Source of the DNA: Nitrososphaerota archaeon
GTDB taxonomy: Archaea; Thermoproteota; Nitrososphaeria; PSMU01
DNA length: 64,000 nucleotides
Assembly (NCBI GenBank): GCA_040290255.1
Contig: PSMU01000003.1
Span: 90,437-154,436 of the forward strand
Reading direction: 5' to 3'
Below, one piece after another: positions 34,258 to 43,655 of this stretch; position 1 is the first letter of the stretch; the number at the start of each line of letters is the position of its first letter. The translations under genes and the position numbers were made by a program. Under the pieces are notes generated by a model that was not told the origin of the DNA, made no database searches, and worked only from the letters and a program-made list of their open reading frames with translations.

Positions 34258-35928
34258 CTAATCCTCGAAGGAGGGCGTGGAGCTACCCTCGCCTCCCTCC
34301 TCGCCCGTCTTAGGCTTGCTCGGCTCCTTGGCCTTGCTGGCGGCTATGATGTCGTCGATCCTCAGGATCATGCTCGCGGCCTCAACGGCGGACTTTATGA
34401 CCTGCTCCTTGACGGCCAGGGGCTCCCAGACGCCCAGCTCGCCCGCATCGGCCACCTTGCCCTTCTCCACGTCCACGCCGGGCCACGCGACGCCCGCGGC
34501 CAGCTTTGCCCTGAGCTCCGTCTGAATATCGATAGGGTCTAAGCCCGCGTTCTCCGCGATGGTCAGCGGCAGCTGCTCCAGCGCCTCCGCGAACCTCTGA
34601 GCGGCCAGCTGCTCCCTGCCCGGCAGGCTGGAGGCCCACTTCCTGACCTCGGTGGCCGCGATCGCCTCGGGGGCGCCCGCGCCCAGCACCACATAGGGAT
34701 ACTCGACGACGTCCTTGGTCACCATCAGCGCATCGTTAACGCTCCTCTCGGCCTCGTCCACGACGCGCTGCGTGCCGCCCCTTATGAGGATCGTCACGGA
34801 CTTCGGATTCTTGCAGCCCTCTATGAAGACCCACTTGTCCTCCTCGAGCCTGCGCTCCTCGACCAGCTCGGCATAGCCGAGGTCCTGAGGCGTCAGGTCC
34901 TCGAGGTTGGTCACGATCCTCCCCCCGGTGGCCTTGGCCAGCTTCTCCATATCGCTCTGCTTTACCCTCCTGACGGCCAGGATGCCCGCCTTGGCCAGGT
35001 AGTGCTGGGCCACATCATCGATGCCCTTCTGGCAGATGACCACGTTGGCGCCCACCGAAACGATCTTGTCCACCATGCCCTTCAGGATCTTGTTCTCTTC
35101 ATCCAAGAAGAGCCTTATCTGGTCGGGCGAATTGATGTTGATCTTGGCATCCAGCTCCGTCTTCTCGACCTCCAGCGGCGCGTTGATGAGCGCGATCTTG
35201 GCGTTCTTCACCTGCTTGGGCATGCCGGGGTGCACGACCTCCTTGTCGAGCACGATTCCGCGAATGAGCTTCGTATCCCTGATGGAGCCGCCGGGCTTCT
35301 TCTCGACCTTCACCGCATCCCTGTCCACCTTCCAGCCGCCATCGTAGGGCTCCCTGACCTGAAGGATGGCCTCCACGGTCAGGCCCGCCAGATATTCCGC
35401 CTCCTCCGCCACCAGCTTGGTCAGCATGGCCGTCAGGGCCACCTTCTTCAGGGTCTCCTTGTCATCGGGGGAGACCTTTATCGCGCGCTGCTTCAGCACC
35501 TCAAGGGCCCTATCGGCGGCCTTCCTGTAGCCCTCCACGATGAGCGTGGGGTGCACCTCCCGCTCGATCAGCTCCTCCGCCTTCTCGAGCAGGAAGCCTG
35601 CAAGCACGACGGAGCTGGTGGTGCCATCGCCCACCTCGTTGTCCGTGGCCTTTGCCACCTCCACGAGCATCTTCGCGGCGGGATGCTGCACGTCGATCTC
35701 CTTCAGGATGGTGGCGCCATCGTTGGTGATCGTCACATCGCCGAGGGAATCGACGAGCATCTTGTCCATGCCCCTGGGCCCTAGGCTGCTCCTCACCACC
35801 TCAGCGAGCAGCTTGGCGGCGAGGATGTTGTTCCTCTGGGCCTCCCTTCCCCTCGTCTGGGAGGTGCCCTCCTTCAGGATCAGGACGGGCTGACCGGACT
35901 GAGTGACGGCTGGGATCGCGGTGGCCAT
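34258..35928 (-). CDS. ths: Thermosome (group II chaperonin) subunit
   Basis: SLGPRGMDKM, ITNDGATIL, VGDGTT, ILRIDD. Confidence 0.97.
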   Translation of the reverse strand: MATAIPAVTQSGQPVLILKEGTSQTRGREAQRNNILAAKLLAEVVRSSLGPRGMDKMLVDSLGDVTITNDGATILKEIDVQHPAAKMLVEVAKATDNEVGDGTTSSVVLAGFLLEKAEELIEREVHPTLIVEGYRKAADRALEVLKQRAIKVSPDDKETLKKVALTAMLTKLVAEEAEYLAGLTVEAILQVREPYDGGWKVDRDAVKVEKKPGGSIRDTKLIRGIVLDKEVVHPGMPKQVKNAKIALINAPLEVEKTELDAKININSPDQIRLFLDEENKILKGMVDKIVSVGANVVICQKGIDDVAQHYLAKAGILAVRRVKQSDMEKLAKATGGRIVTNLEDLTPQDLGYAELVEERRLEEDKWVFIEGCKNPKSVTILIRGGTQRVVDEAERSVNDALMVTKDVVEYPYVVLGAGAPEAIAATEVRKWASSLPGREQLAAQRFAEALEQLPLTIAENAGLDPIDIQTELRAKLAAGVAWPGVDVEKGKVADAGELGVWEPLAVKEQVIKSAVEAASMILRIDDIIAASKAKEPSKPKTGEEGGEGSSTPSFED

Positions 35929-36000
35929 TACAAGATCACCTAAAGGGGGCGCGGGCCAACGGCTATTTAAGTTTTTTAGAGGGCGGCGCCCCTTGAGGGC

Positions 36001-36993
36001 GTGGGCGAGGCGCCCTTCGGGCTGCTGGACTATGTGAAGTATCCCTTCCTGCCCGGCTTCGAGCAGCTCCTGAAGATGGCGCCGGCGCTGGATGCCCCAG
36101 AGGCCGCCAGGCTGCTCGGGCCCGCCAGGGTAAGGCTACAGGGGGCCAGGGCGAACAGGCCGCTCGAGTACCCCGAGGCCGAGGCCCGGCCCGAGGACTG
36201 GGGGCTCTCGTTCTACATAGCGGCCCTGGCGATAAGGGCGGTGGGCAGCGCGGCGCTGCTCAGGAGGTATGCGAGGGTGGAGGCGGCCAGGGTGAGGAGG
36301 GCCTTCGAGGGGGACTTGAGCTCTCGCCCCTACCGCCAGACGATGCTCCAGGTGGTGAACGGCCTCTTCAGGCTGGACCTCCTGCAGGAGGACGATAGGA
36401 TCAGCTGCGGCGTCGCCAACTACCTGAAGGCCCTGGCGGCCATGCCCTCCATACCGCCCAACCTGAAGCTCGTGAACAGGCCCGTTTCCTCGGGTCGGGT
36501 AAGGCTCACCGAGGCCGAGCTGGTGGAGCTGGTGAAGGGAAGATGGTATGGGTATATCCTCTCCAGGCTCATGGCCATGCCGAGGCCGGGGCCGCTCCCT
36601 GACCCTCTGAGGCCGCTGTATGAGGAGGCCAGGACGATGGCGGAGGAGCTGGAGGCCGGCAGGGCCGCCGTCAAGCCCGGGGGATATGACTATATCGAGA
36701 AGCTGCTCGAGAGGCCGGTCACGGACGGCAGGCATCGGCTCGTTTGGCTCGTGCTCACGCCTTACCTGGTCAACATAAAGGGGCTGGATGTAGAGGAGGC
36801 CGTGGCCCACACGGTGGACTACCTCAGGCGCACGGGCTGGTCCGAGCCGCGCCTGCAGGCCCTGGCGCGCTATCATGCGGAGAGGGCCAAGAGGATAGGG
36901 CTTAGGCCGCCGAAGCTCTCCACGATAAGGGCCAAGGATCCGCAGCTCTATGCCATCATCTCGGGCGCGCTGGGGCTGAGAGAAGCGAGCTAG
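36001..36993 (+). CDS. DNA primase non-catalytic subunit: PriL N-domain fused to a PriX-like domain
   Basis: N-terminal KYPFL, RRYA..E, LKLVNR.V..G.V.L (PriL); C-terminal YDYIEKLL...DGRHRL..LVL.PYLVNIKG (PriX). Confidence 0.78.
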   Translation: MGEAPFGLLDYVKYPFLPGFEQLLKMAPALDAPEAARLLGPARVRLQGARANRPLEYPEAEARPEDWGLSFYIAALAIRAVGSAALLRRYARVEAARVRRAFEGDLSSRPYRQTMLQVVNGLFRLDLLQEDDRISCGVANYLKALAAMPSIPPNLKLVNRPVSSGRVRLTEAELVELVKGRWYGYILSRLMAMPRPGPLPDPLRPLYEEARTMAEELEAGRAAVKPGGYDYIEKLLERPVTDGRHRLVWLVLTPYLVNIKGLDVEEAVAHTVDYLRRTGWSEPRLQALARYHAERAKRIGLRPPKLSTIRAKDPQLYAIISGALGLREAS

Positions 36994-38002
36994 CCCTGAC
37001 CGCGATCGCCTCGGCCATCTCCTTGGTGCCCGCGCTGCCGCCCAAGTCATAGGTGACCTGCTTGCCCTCCCTGAGCACCTCCTCGACGGCCGCCTCTATG
37101 GCCCGCGCCTCCCTCGTGAAGCCCAGGTATTCCAGCAGCCAGCCCGCCGAAAGGATCATGGCCACGGGGTTCACCCTGTTCTGGCCCTTATACTTGGGCG
37201 CGCTCCCATGAGAGGGCTCGAACATGGCATAGTTATCGCCTATGTTCGCGCTGGGGATCATGCCTATGCTCGCCACCAGCGCCGAGGCCTCTTCGCTGAT
37301 GATGTCCATGAAGAGGTTGGGGCCCAGGAGCACGCTCTCGTTAAACCGCTGGGGGTTCTTGACGAGCTGCTGGGCGAGGTTGTCCACCAGGTACTCCTCC
37401 AGCGCTATGCCAGGATGGCGAGCGGCCACACTTCGCGCCACCTCCAGGAAGAGCCCGTCGCTCTCCTTGAGGATGTTGGCCTTATTGACGACCACCACGC
37501 GGCTCCATCCCCTGCCCTTGGCCAGCGAGAAGGCGTACTCGCAGACCTTCTCGCTCGCCTGGCGCGTTATCTTGCGTATGGTGATGGCCGCATCGGGGCT
37601 GAGCCTGAAGTCCAGGCCCGAGTAGAGCTCCTCGGTCGCCTCCCTGACGCAGATGAAGTTGACGGCGCCCAGCGGCGCCGGCGTCCCTTCATAGGTCCTT
37701 ATGGGCCGCACGTTCGCATAGAGGTTAAAGGCCTGCCTTATGCTTACGGCCACGCTCTTGGGGGTCCCTGGGCCCAAGGGCGTCGTGGTGGGGGCCTTGA
37801 GGCAGGCCCTGGCCTCGCGCAGCACCTGCCAGGAGCTCTCGGGTATGAGGCTGGGCCCCCCGTGCTCCTGCCACCACTCATAGCCCGCCGGAGCCTCCAA
37901 GACCTCCACGGGCTCGCCCACGGCCCTCAGCACCAGCAGCGCGGCCTCGGAGAGCTCCGGGCCCACGCCATCGCCCCTGATGAGCGCCACCTTCGGCTTC
38001 AC
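36956..38002 (-). CDS. Isocitrate/isopropylmalate dehydrogenase family protein
   Basis: GDGVGPE, LYANVRP, REATE, NKANIL, NLFMDIIS, FEPSHGSAP; GTG start at 38002. Confidence 0.92.
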   Translation of the reverse strand: MKPKVALIRGDGVGPELSEAALLVLRAVGEPVEVLEAPAGYEWWQEHGGPSLIPESSWQVLREARACLKAPTTTPLGPGTPKSVAVSIRQAFNLYANVRPIRTYEGTPAPLGAVNFICVREATEELYSGLDFRLSPDAAITIRKITRQASEKVCEYAFSLAKGRGWSRVVVVNKANILKESDGLFLEVARSVAARHPGIALEEYLVDNLAQQLVKNPQRFNESVLLGPNLFMDIISEEASALVASIGMIPSANIGDNYAMFEPSHGSAPKYKGQNRVNPVAMILSAGWLLEYLGFTREARAIEAAVEEVLREGKQVTYDLGGSAGTKEMAEAIAVRASSLLSAPARPR

Positions 38003-38033
38003 GCAGGGGGCACGATGGCTCGGTAAATGAGCC

Positions 38034-38312
38034 TTACCGCACGATGCTGAAGCCCGGCGGCTCGCCCTTGGGGGTTTCAAACCGCACCTGAACCTGCTCG
38101 ACTTTGGCCAGCGGGGGGCCGCGCCTGCACCACTCTATGAACTTCGAAACCGCCTCCTCCTCGCCCTCGACCAGCGCCTCCACCCGGCCATCGGGCAGGT
38201 TCCTGACCCAGCCCGCCAGGCCAAGGCTATCCGCGACCCTCTTCGCATGCGCCCTGAAGAAGACGCCCTGCACCAGGCCCCAGATTAGGATATGGGCGCG
38301 CTTCTTGGGCAT
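38034..38312 (-). CDS. acyP: Acylphosphatase
   Basis: GLVQGVFFR, GWVRNLPDGRVE, GPPLAKV. Confidence 0.96.
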   Translation of the reverse strand: MPKKRAHILIWGLVQGVFFRAHAKRVADSLGLAGWVRNLPDGRVEALVEGEEEAVSKFIEWCRRGPPLAKVEQVQVRFETPKGEPPGFSIVR

Positions 38313-38332
38313 GATGGGCCCGCGCGGGGCTG

Positions 38333-39073
38333 CTATATGGCCATTTTCCGGATGCCCGGCGCGGGCGGGGGGCCCAGCGAGTAGAGGCGCGCGCCCGCCT
38401 GGGCCAGCAACGATAGCAGCTCCCTAGCTATGCTCAGGCGCGTGGAAACCTCGGCCGGGCTCCTCCTGCCCATGCTGGAGTGGACGCCGGGAGGCTCCTT
38501 CAGCTCCATGCCGATGAGGTAGATGGCCCGCGCCCCCAGCGCATAGGCCAGGTACGCGGCCCTATCGCCGTCCGTGAAGCCGTAGGGGTTTACGAGCGGC
38601 GGAGGGGCGGGCTCCACCTGGGCCGTGCCTAAAAAGGAAGAGAGCCTGGGCACGAAGCTCATGAGCTGAGGCATGTTATCGCCGTGCGCGTGCACGGCGA
38701 GCTGGGCCCCGCGTTGATACGCATCATAGAGCGCGGCGTGCGGGCCATCTAGGTCCGTCACCACCAGCAGGGGCCTCAGGCCCTTGGCCAAGAGGGGCGA
38801 GACCGCTCCGTCGGCGGCCACGAGGGGGGCCTTTAGCAGCCTTCCCGCCAGCAGCTCAAGCCCCTGCTCGAGCGTGTTGCCCGCGCCCGCCACCACGACC
38901 TCCCTGCCCCTTATGGCCCGGAGCAGCTCTTCGAGCGGGCTCCTCCTCTGCCTTGCCAGGCCCGCCAGCAGCTCCGCCGCCTCCCGGTCGGCCCTCTCAT
39001 CGAGCGATAGCTGCTCGCGGATCCGGCGGTAGAGCTCCTGCCAGCGGCTGCTTGCGAAGGGCCGGCGAAGCAT
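38333..39073 (-). CDS. mptE: 6-hydroxymethyl-7,8-dihydropterin pyrophosphokinase
   Basis: AADGA, VVTDLDG, VHAHGDN, GFTDGDRA; ATG 39073 is the likely start. Confidence 0.9.
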   Translation of the reverse strand: MLRRPFASSRWQELYRRIREQLSLDERADREAAELLAGLARQRRSPLEELLRAIRGREVVVAGAGNTLEQGLELLAGRLLKAPLVAADGAVSPLLAKGLRPLLVVTDLDGPHAALYDAYQRGAQLAVHAHGDNMPQLMSFVPRLSSFLGTAQVEPAPPPLVNPYGFTDGDRAAYLAYALGARAIYLIGMELKEPPGVHSSMGRRSPAEVSTRLSIARELLSLLAQAGARLYSLGPPPAPGIRKMAI

Positions 39074-39124
39074 GGCCACCCCCCGGCGGCATAAGGTTAT
39101 AGCCGCTGAGCCCATGCTGGCCCC

Positions 39125-40033
39125 ATGCTGAGGGGCGAGCTGGCGGGCGTCCGGCTGGGCGATGATTTCCCGCCCGTCGTAATCGGGGCCCTTAACCTCA
39201 GCCCGGAGTCCTTCTACAAGGGCTCCGTGGCCCACACGCCGGAGGAGGCGCTGGAGAGGGCCCTGCTGATGCAGGAGCAGGGGGCGCAGATCATCGACGT
39301 GGGCGCCGCCTCCACGGCGCCTTATATTGCATCCAACGTCCCCCCCGAGCAGGAGCTGGAGAGGCTGCTGCCCTCGCTGAGGCTCTTATCCTCCAAGCTC
39401 AACGTGCCGCTCTCGGTCGATACGCGCAGGGCCTCGGTGGCGCTGGAGGCCCTAAGGGCCGGCGCCCGCATCGTCAACGACACGGGTGGCCTGAAGTTGG
39501 ACCCTGAGATGGCGCGGGTGGTGAAGGACCATGGCGCCTCGCTCATCCTGATGGCCTATGGGCCCGAGGCCCGGGGCAGGGCGCCCATCGAGGGCGTGAT
39601 GCTCTGCCTGGCGCAGAGCCTGCGCCTAGCCTCTCAGGCCGGCATCGAGCTGGAGAGGGTCGTCGTGGACCCAGGCATAGGCTTCTTCAGGGATACGGGC
39701 CTGCCCTGGTACCGCTGGGACCTGGAGGTGCTGCGCTCGCTCCCCCGGCTCAGGGGCCTGGGAAGGCCCATCTTGGTGGGCATCTCCCGTAAGTCCTTCA
39801 TAGGAAAGGTCACGGGCCGAGAGCGGCCCGAGGAAAGGCTCGCGGGCTCCTTGGCCGCGGCCGCGCTGGCCCTTTGGCTGGGCGCGCATGCAGTAAGGGC
39901 CCATGACGTCAAGGAGCATGTGGACGCGGCCAAGCTCGTGTGGGCGCTCAGGGAGGGGGCTAGGGCTTATCCGCCCCCTTCAGCGCGACCCTCCTCAGCA
40001 GCTGGATGGCCAGCGCCGGGTCCACGCCCTTAG
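39125..40033 (+). CDS. folP: Dihydropteroate synthase
   Basis: LNLSPESF, IDVGAAST, SVDT, DPGIGF, ISRKSFIG, RAHDV. Confidence 0.93.
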   Translation: MLRGELAGVRLGDDFPPVVIGALNLSPESFYKGSVAHTPEEALERALLMQEQGAQIIDVGAASTAPYIASNVPPEQELERLLPSLRLLSSKLNVPLSVDTRRASVALEALRAGARIVNDTGGLKLDPEMARVVKDHGASLILMAYGPEARGRAPIEGVMLCLAQSLRLASQAGIELERVVVDPGIGFFRDTGLPWYRWDLEVLRSLPRLRGLGRPILVGISRKSFIGKVTGRERPEERLAGSLAAAALALWLGAHAVRAHDVKEHVDAAKLVWALREGARAYPPPSARPSSAAGWPAPGPRP

Positions 40034-40685
40034 GGCAGACCAGGCTACAGGAGCCCGCGAAGTGGCAGCGCCAAAGGCCGTGCTGATCATCGGCCACCTC
40101 CCACCGCCGCCGCCCCTGGTCCCTTGAATCGGCCATATACCTGTAAAGCTGGGCGAGCGCCTGAGGGCCAGGGTAGAGCTCGTCCGTGCCCGGCACGGGG
40201 CAGGCGGCATAGCAGAGGCCGCAGCTGATGCAGTAGGCGAACTGCACATACCTGAGCAGCTCCTCCTCCGTCTGCAGATACGGCCGCTCGGCGCGCTCCT
40301 GCTCCTCCGCATCCTGCCTGATCAGATAGGGCTTCATCCTCCTGTGCTTCTCGAAGAAGTCCGAGAAGTCGGTAACCAGGTCCCTGATGAGCGGGAAGTG
40401 GGGCAGGGGCTCCACCAGGATTTCCCTATCGCCCAGCTCCTGCACCTGCGTCACGCAGGCCAGCCTCGGCAGGCCGTCGATGGCCATGCCGCAGGAGCCG
40501 CAGATGGCCATCCTGCACGAGAAGCGCAGCGCGAGCGTGGGGTCGAGCCTCTCCTTCACGTACAGCAGGGCATCCAGCACCGTCATGCCCCTCTTCAACG
40601 GCACCTCATACAGCGCATAGCTCGGCCCGCGCCCTGAGCTGGGGTCGTGCCTGTAGACCCTGAGCCTTATGCTGCGCGCGCTCAT
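39960..40685 (-). CDS. sdhB: Succinate dehydrogenase Fe-S subunit
   Basis: SCRMAICGSC, CISCGLCYAACP, CHFAGSCSLVCP. Confidence 0.95.
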   Translation of the reverse strand: MSARSIRLRVYRHDPSSGRGPSYALYEVPLKRGMTVLDALLYVKERLDPTLALRFSCRMAICGSCGMAIDGLPRLACVTQVQELGDREILVEPLPHFPLIRDLVTDFSDFFEKHRRMKPYLIRQDAEEQERAERPYLQTEEELLRYVQFAYCISCGLCYAACPVPGTDELYPGPQALAQLYRYMADSRDQGRRRWEVADDQHGLWRCHFAGSCSLVCPKGVDPALAIQLLRRVALKGADKP

Positions 40686-41050
40686 CCCAGCCCTCCGATC
40701 AGATAGGCCAAGAGCACGGTCCTGGTGCCATACAGCGCCACCAGGGCGCCCAGGAGCGCCGTGGCCCAGTTGACGGCCCTATCCCATCTGGGCGATTGGT
40801 ACAGCTCCAGCAGGATCACCCTGAGCCCGTTGAAGCCGTGGAAGCAGACGAAGAGCAGGAGCGCCTCGAGGCTCGCAGCCAGGAGCTCGTTGCGGTAAAC
40901 CCCTATAACTGAGAAGGGGCCCTGATCGAAGGTAAGGTTAACCCTGACGGGGGCCGTGAAGAAGACGGTGGCCAGGTGCACCGCGCCGGCGATCAGGATG
41001 CCCAGCCCCGTCACGTAGTGCCAGAACATGAGCGTCCTTTCGGAGGGCAT
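40682..41050 (-). CDS. sdhD: Succinate dehydrogenase membrane anchor
   Basis: HYVTG, FHGFNGLRVIL, 3 TM; operon context. Confidence 0.85.
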   Translation of the reverse strand: MPSERTLMFWHYVTGLGILIAGAVHLATVFFTAPVRVNLTFDQGPFSVIGVYRNELLAASLEALLLFVCFHGFNGLRVILLELYQSPRWDRAVNWATALLGALVALYGTRTVLLAYLIGGLG

Positions 41051-41051
41051 G

Positions 41052-41540
41052 CTAGAGCACCTCGAAGAAGGCGTGAAGGGCGTAGATGAGCGCGAAGGTG
41101 GAGAGGAGCACGGCCAGCCAGAAGAGGGCCCTCTGAAAGCCCGAGAAGGCCTTGGGCCGCGCCAGGGGCTCCGGCCTGGAGGGCTTTCCCAGGCCCCAGC
41201 CGAAGTGGGCCAGGAAGAGCCTTACCCCGTTTATGGCGTGAAAGGCGAGCATGACGCCTATAACGGTAAGCCCCGCGTCGAAGATGGGATTGCTGAGGTA
41301 GTTGACCGTGCTGGTCCAAACGCCCTTGGCATACTGATAGGCATCGGGCCTGAGCGCCCAGACGGAGGGGCCGCCCACCACGTAGCCCGTCTCGATGATG
41401 TGGGCCACGAAGTAGAGCGTGACGACCACGCCCGTCACCCTCTGCATGGTGTAGCTCCAGCGCTCCAGGCCATAGCGAAGGGGGTTCAGCCACGTGCGCA
41501 GGGCCCTCTTGAGCACGAGCCGGGCGGAAGGCCTGGCCAT
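41052..41540 (-). CDS. sdhC: Succinate dehydrogenase cytochrome b subunit
   Basis: QRVTG..YFVAHI, FHAINGVRL; operon context. Confidence 0.87.
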   Translation of the reverse strand: MARPSARLVLKRALRTWLNPLRYGLERWSYTMQRVTGVVVTLYFVAHIIETGYVVGGPSVWALRPDAYQYAKGVWTSTVNYLSNPIFDAGLTVIGVMLAFHAINGVRLFLAHFGWGLGKPSRPEPLARPKAFSGFQRALFWLAVLLSTFALIYALHAFFEVL

Positions 41541-41541
41541 C

Positions 41542-43266
41542 CTAGTACCGCCGCTCCACGGGCTGATATTTAGTTATCCTAACGGGCAGGTAGCTCAGCT
41601 CCGGGCCCTCGGGCGTATAGCGCGCGAGCGTGTGCACGAGCCAGCGGGCATCATCCCTAGAAGGATAGTCCGTGCGGGCATGGGCGCCCCTGCTCTCCCT
41701 CCTGTTCAGCGCCCCCAGCAGGATAACCTCGGCCACCTCCAGCATGGCCTCGAGCTCGAGCACGTTGGTGAGGTTGGTGTTGTAGACCCTGCTCGAGTCC
41801 TCCACCCCCCTCCACAGCCGGGCCTTGAGCTCCCTAACCCTCCTGAGCCCCCTGGTGAGGGAGGCCTCATCCCTGAAGACGTGGCACTCCTCCTCCATCG
41901 TCCTCTGCAGCTCCTCCCTTATCTCATAGGGGTTCTCCCTGGGGGCCCTTCCCAGCAGGCCATCGAAGATCCTCTTCTCCTCCGCGGCCGCCATCTCCGC
42001 CAACCCCCCCTCCGCGGGGTCGGTGCCCATCGCGTAGCGGGCCGCCTCTTCCCCCGTGACCCTGCCCCAGACGAGGCACTCTATGGTGGAGTTGGAGCCG
42101 AGCCTATTTGCTCCGTTGATGCTCACGCAGGCGACCTCGCCGGCCGCCCAGAGCCCCAGGATGGGGGTCGCGCCGCGGATGTCCGTGTGCACGCCTCCCA
42201 TGTAGTAGTGCGTGGCCGGCCTGACGGGGATCCTTTCGTGAACGGGGTCGAGGCCCGCGAGCCTTATGCAGAGCTCCCTTATGCCGGAGAGCTTCCTCTT
42301 GATGATGTCGGGGTCGAGCCCGGTGAGGTCCAGCCAGAGGTGCTTTATCCCGTCGGGCCCCTCCACGCCCCTTCCCTCCCTTATCTCCGTGATCATGGCC
42401 CTGGAGATGATGTCGCGCGGCGCCAGCTCCATCTTGCCCGGCGCATACCTGGCCATGAACCGCTCCCCCTTCGCGTTGAGCAGGATGCCCCCTTCTCCCC
42501 TGGCGGCCTCCGTGATCAATATGCCCGTGGGAATGAGGCCGGTGGGGTGGAACTGGACGAACTCCATGTCCTTAAGGGGGGCCCCGGCCCTGTAGCAGGC
42601 GTAGAGCCCCTCGGGCGTCGAGGAGTGGCCGTAGGTGGCGAAGCTGTAGAGCCTGCCCGCCCCTCCCGTGGCCATGACGCAGGCCTTTGCGCGGAAGAGG
42701 TGAAGGTCTCCGGACTTCATCTCCAGCGCGGTCAGGCCGCTGAACCGGCCCTGCTCCACCAGCAGCGAAGTTACGAAGAACTCGGGATAGAAGTGGATGT
42801 TCTCCCACTTGAGCGCGGCGCTGTAGAGCGTGGACATCTCGAAGAAGCCCACCTTATCCTCGGCATAGCAGGCCCTCGGGAAGCTCATGCCGCCGAAGGG
42901 CCTCTGCGCGATCTTCCCATCGGGCCTCCTGGCCCAGGGCATGCCCCAGTGCTCCAGCAGGTAGATCTCGGAGGGCGCGCTCTTCACGAAGAATTCGACG
43001 GCATCCTGGTCGGCCAGAAAGTCGCTGCCCTTTATCGTATCATAGGCATGGGATTCAAAGGAGTCCCCCTCCTCAGGATAGAGCACGGCCGCGGTGCCCC
43101 CCTCGGCCGAGACCGAATGGGAGCGCATGACCTGGGTCTTGGTGACCACGGCGATCGAGGCCTTTCCCTTAGAGACGCGGGCCGCCTCGAGCGCCGCCCG
43201 CAGCCCCGCCAGCCCGCTCCCCACGACGAGGACGTCATAGGCCAGCCTGTCCAAGCTGTGGGGCAC
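41542..43266 (-). CDS. sdhA: Succinate dehydrogenase flavoprotein
   Basis: GSGLAG, RSHSVSAEGG, QFHPTG, TEAARGEG, HYYMGG, GANRLGSNS, ESRGAH. Confidence 0.96.
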   Translation of the reverse strand: MPHSLDRLAYDVLVVGSGLAGLRAALEAARVSKGKASIAVVTKTQVMRSHSVSAEGGTAAVLYPEEGDSFESHAYDTIKGSDFLADQDAVEFFVKSAPSEIYLLEHWGMPWARRPDGKIAQRPFGGMSFPRACYAEDKVGFFEMSTLYSAALKWENIHFYPEFFVTSLLVEQGRFSGLTALEMKSGDLHLFRAKACVMATGGAGRLYSFATYGHSSTPEGLYACYRAGAPLKDMEFVQFHPTGLIPTGILITEAARGEGGILLNAKGERFMARYAPGKMELAPRDIISRAMITEIREGRGVEGPDGIKHLWLDLTGLDPDIIKRKLSGIRELCIRLAGLDPVHERIPVRPATHYYMGGVHTDIRGATPILGLWAAGEVACVSINGANRLGSNSTIECLVWGRVTGEEAARYAMGTDPAEGGLAEMAAAEEKRIFDGLLGRAPRENPYEIREELQRTMEEECHVFRDEASLTRGLRRVRELKARLWRGVEDSSRVYNTNLTNVLELEAMLEVAEVILLGALNRRESRGAHARTDYPSRDDARWLVHTLARYTPEGPELSYLPVRITKYQPVERRY

Positions 43267-43293
43267 GTGACCAGCGCTTAGATAAAGCTTCGG

Positions 43294-43602
43294 CTACTCG
43301 GTCTTCAGCTCGCCGCCCTCGACCAGCTGGTTTATGTAGTCCTCCATATAGTGGCCCGTCATCCTGACGTGCACCTCCCTCACGCCGGGCAGCCTAGAGA
43401 GCCTCTCCTTAATGTCCTGCGCGATCTGAAGCGCGAAGAAGGCGGGGCAGTAGGGGGTTGTGGCGTGAAACTGTACGTCGATCCTACCATCCTCGCTGAT
43501 CTCCAGCTTATCGATCAGCTCTAGCTCCATGATGGAGACCCCTATCTCGGGGTCCACGATCTGCGCCAGCTCGACCTCGACCGCATAGCGGTCAAGAGGC
43601 AT
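43294..43602 (-). CDS. DUF59/SufT (MIP18) Fe-S maturation protein
   Basis: IVDPEIGVSIMELELI, TTPYCP. Confidence 0.88.
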   Translation of the reverse strand: MPLDRYAVEVELAQIVDPEIGVSIMELELIDKLEISEDGRIDVQFHATTPYCPAFFALQIAQDIKERLSRLPGVREVHVRMTGHYMEDYINQLVEGGELKTE

Positions 43603-43655
43603 GGTCGCGGGGCCGCTCGCAAGCTTAAAAGGTTATTGGCGCCGAGAGCGGGGCC

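Noticed and set aside
41494-43281. 595-aa + strand ORF
   Set aside because: Antisense shadow of sdhA; high GC3 suppresses stop codons and there are no motifs.
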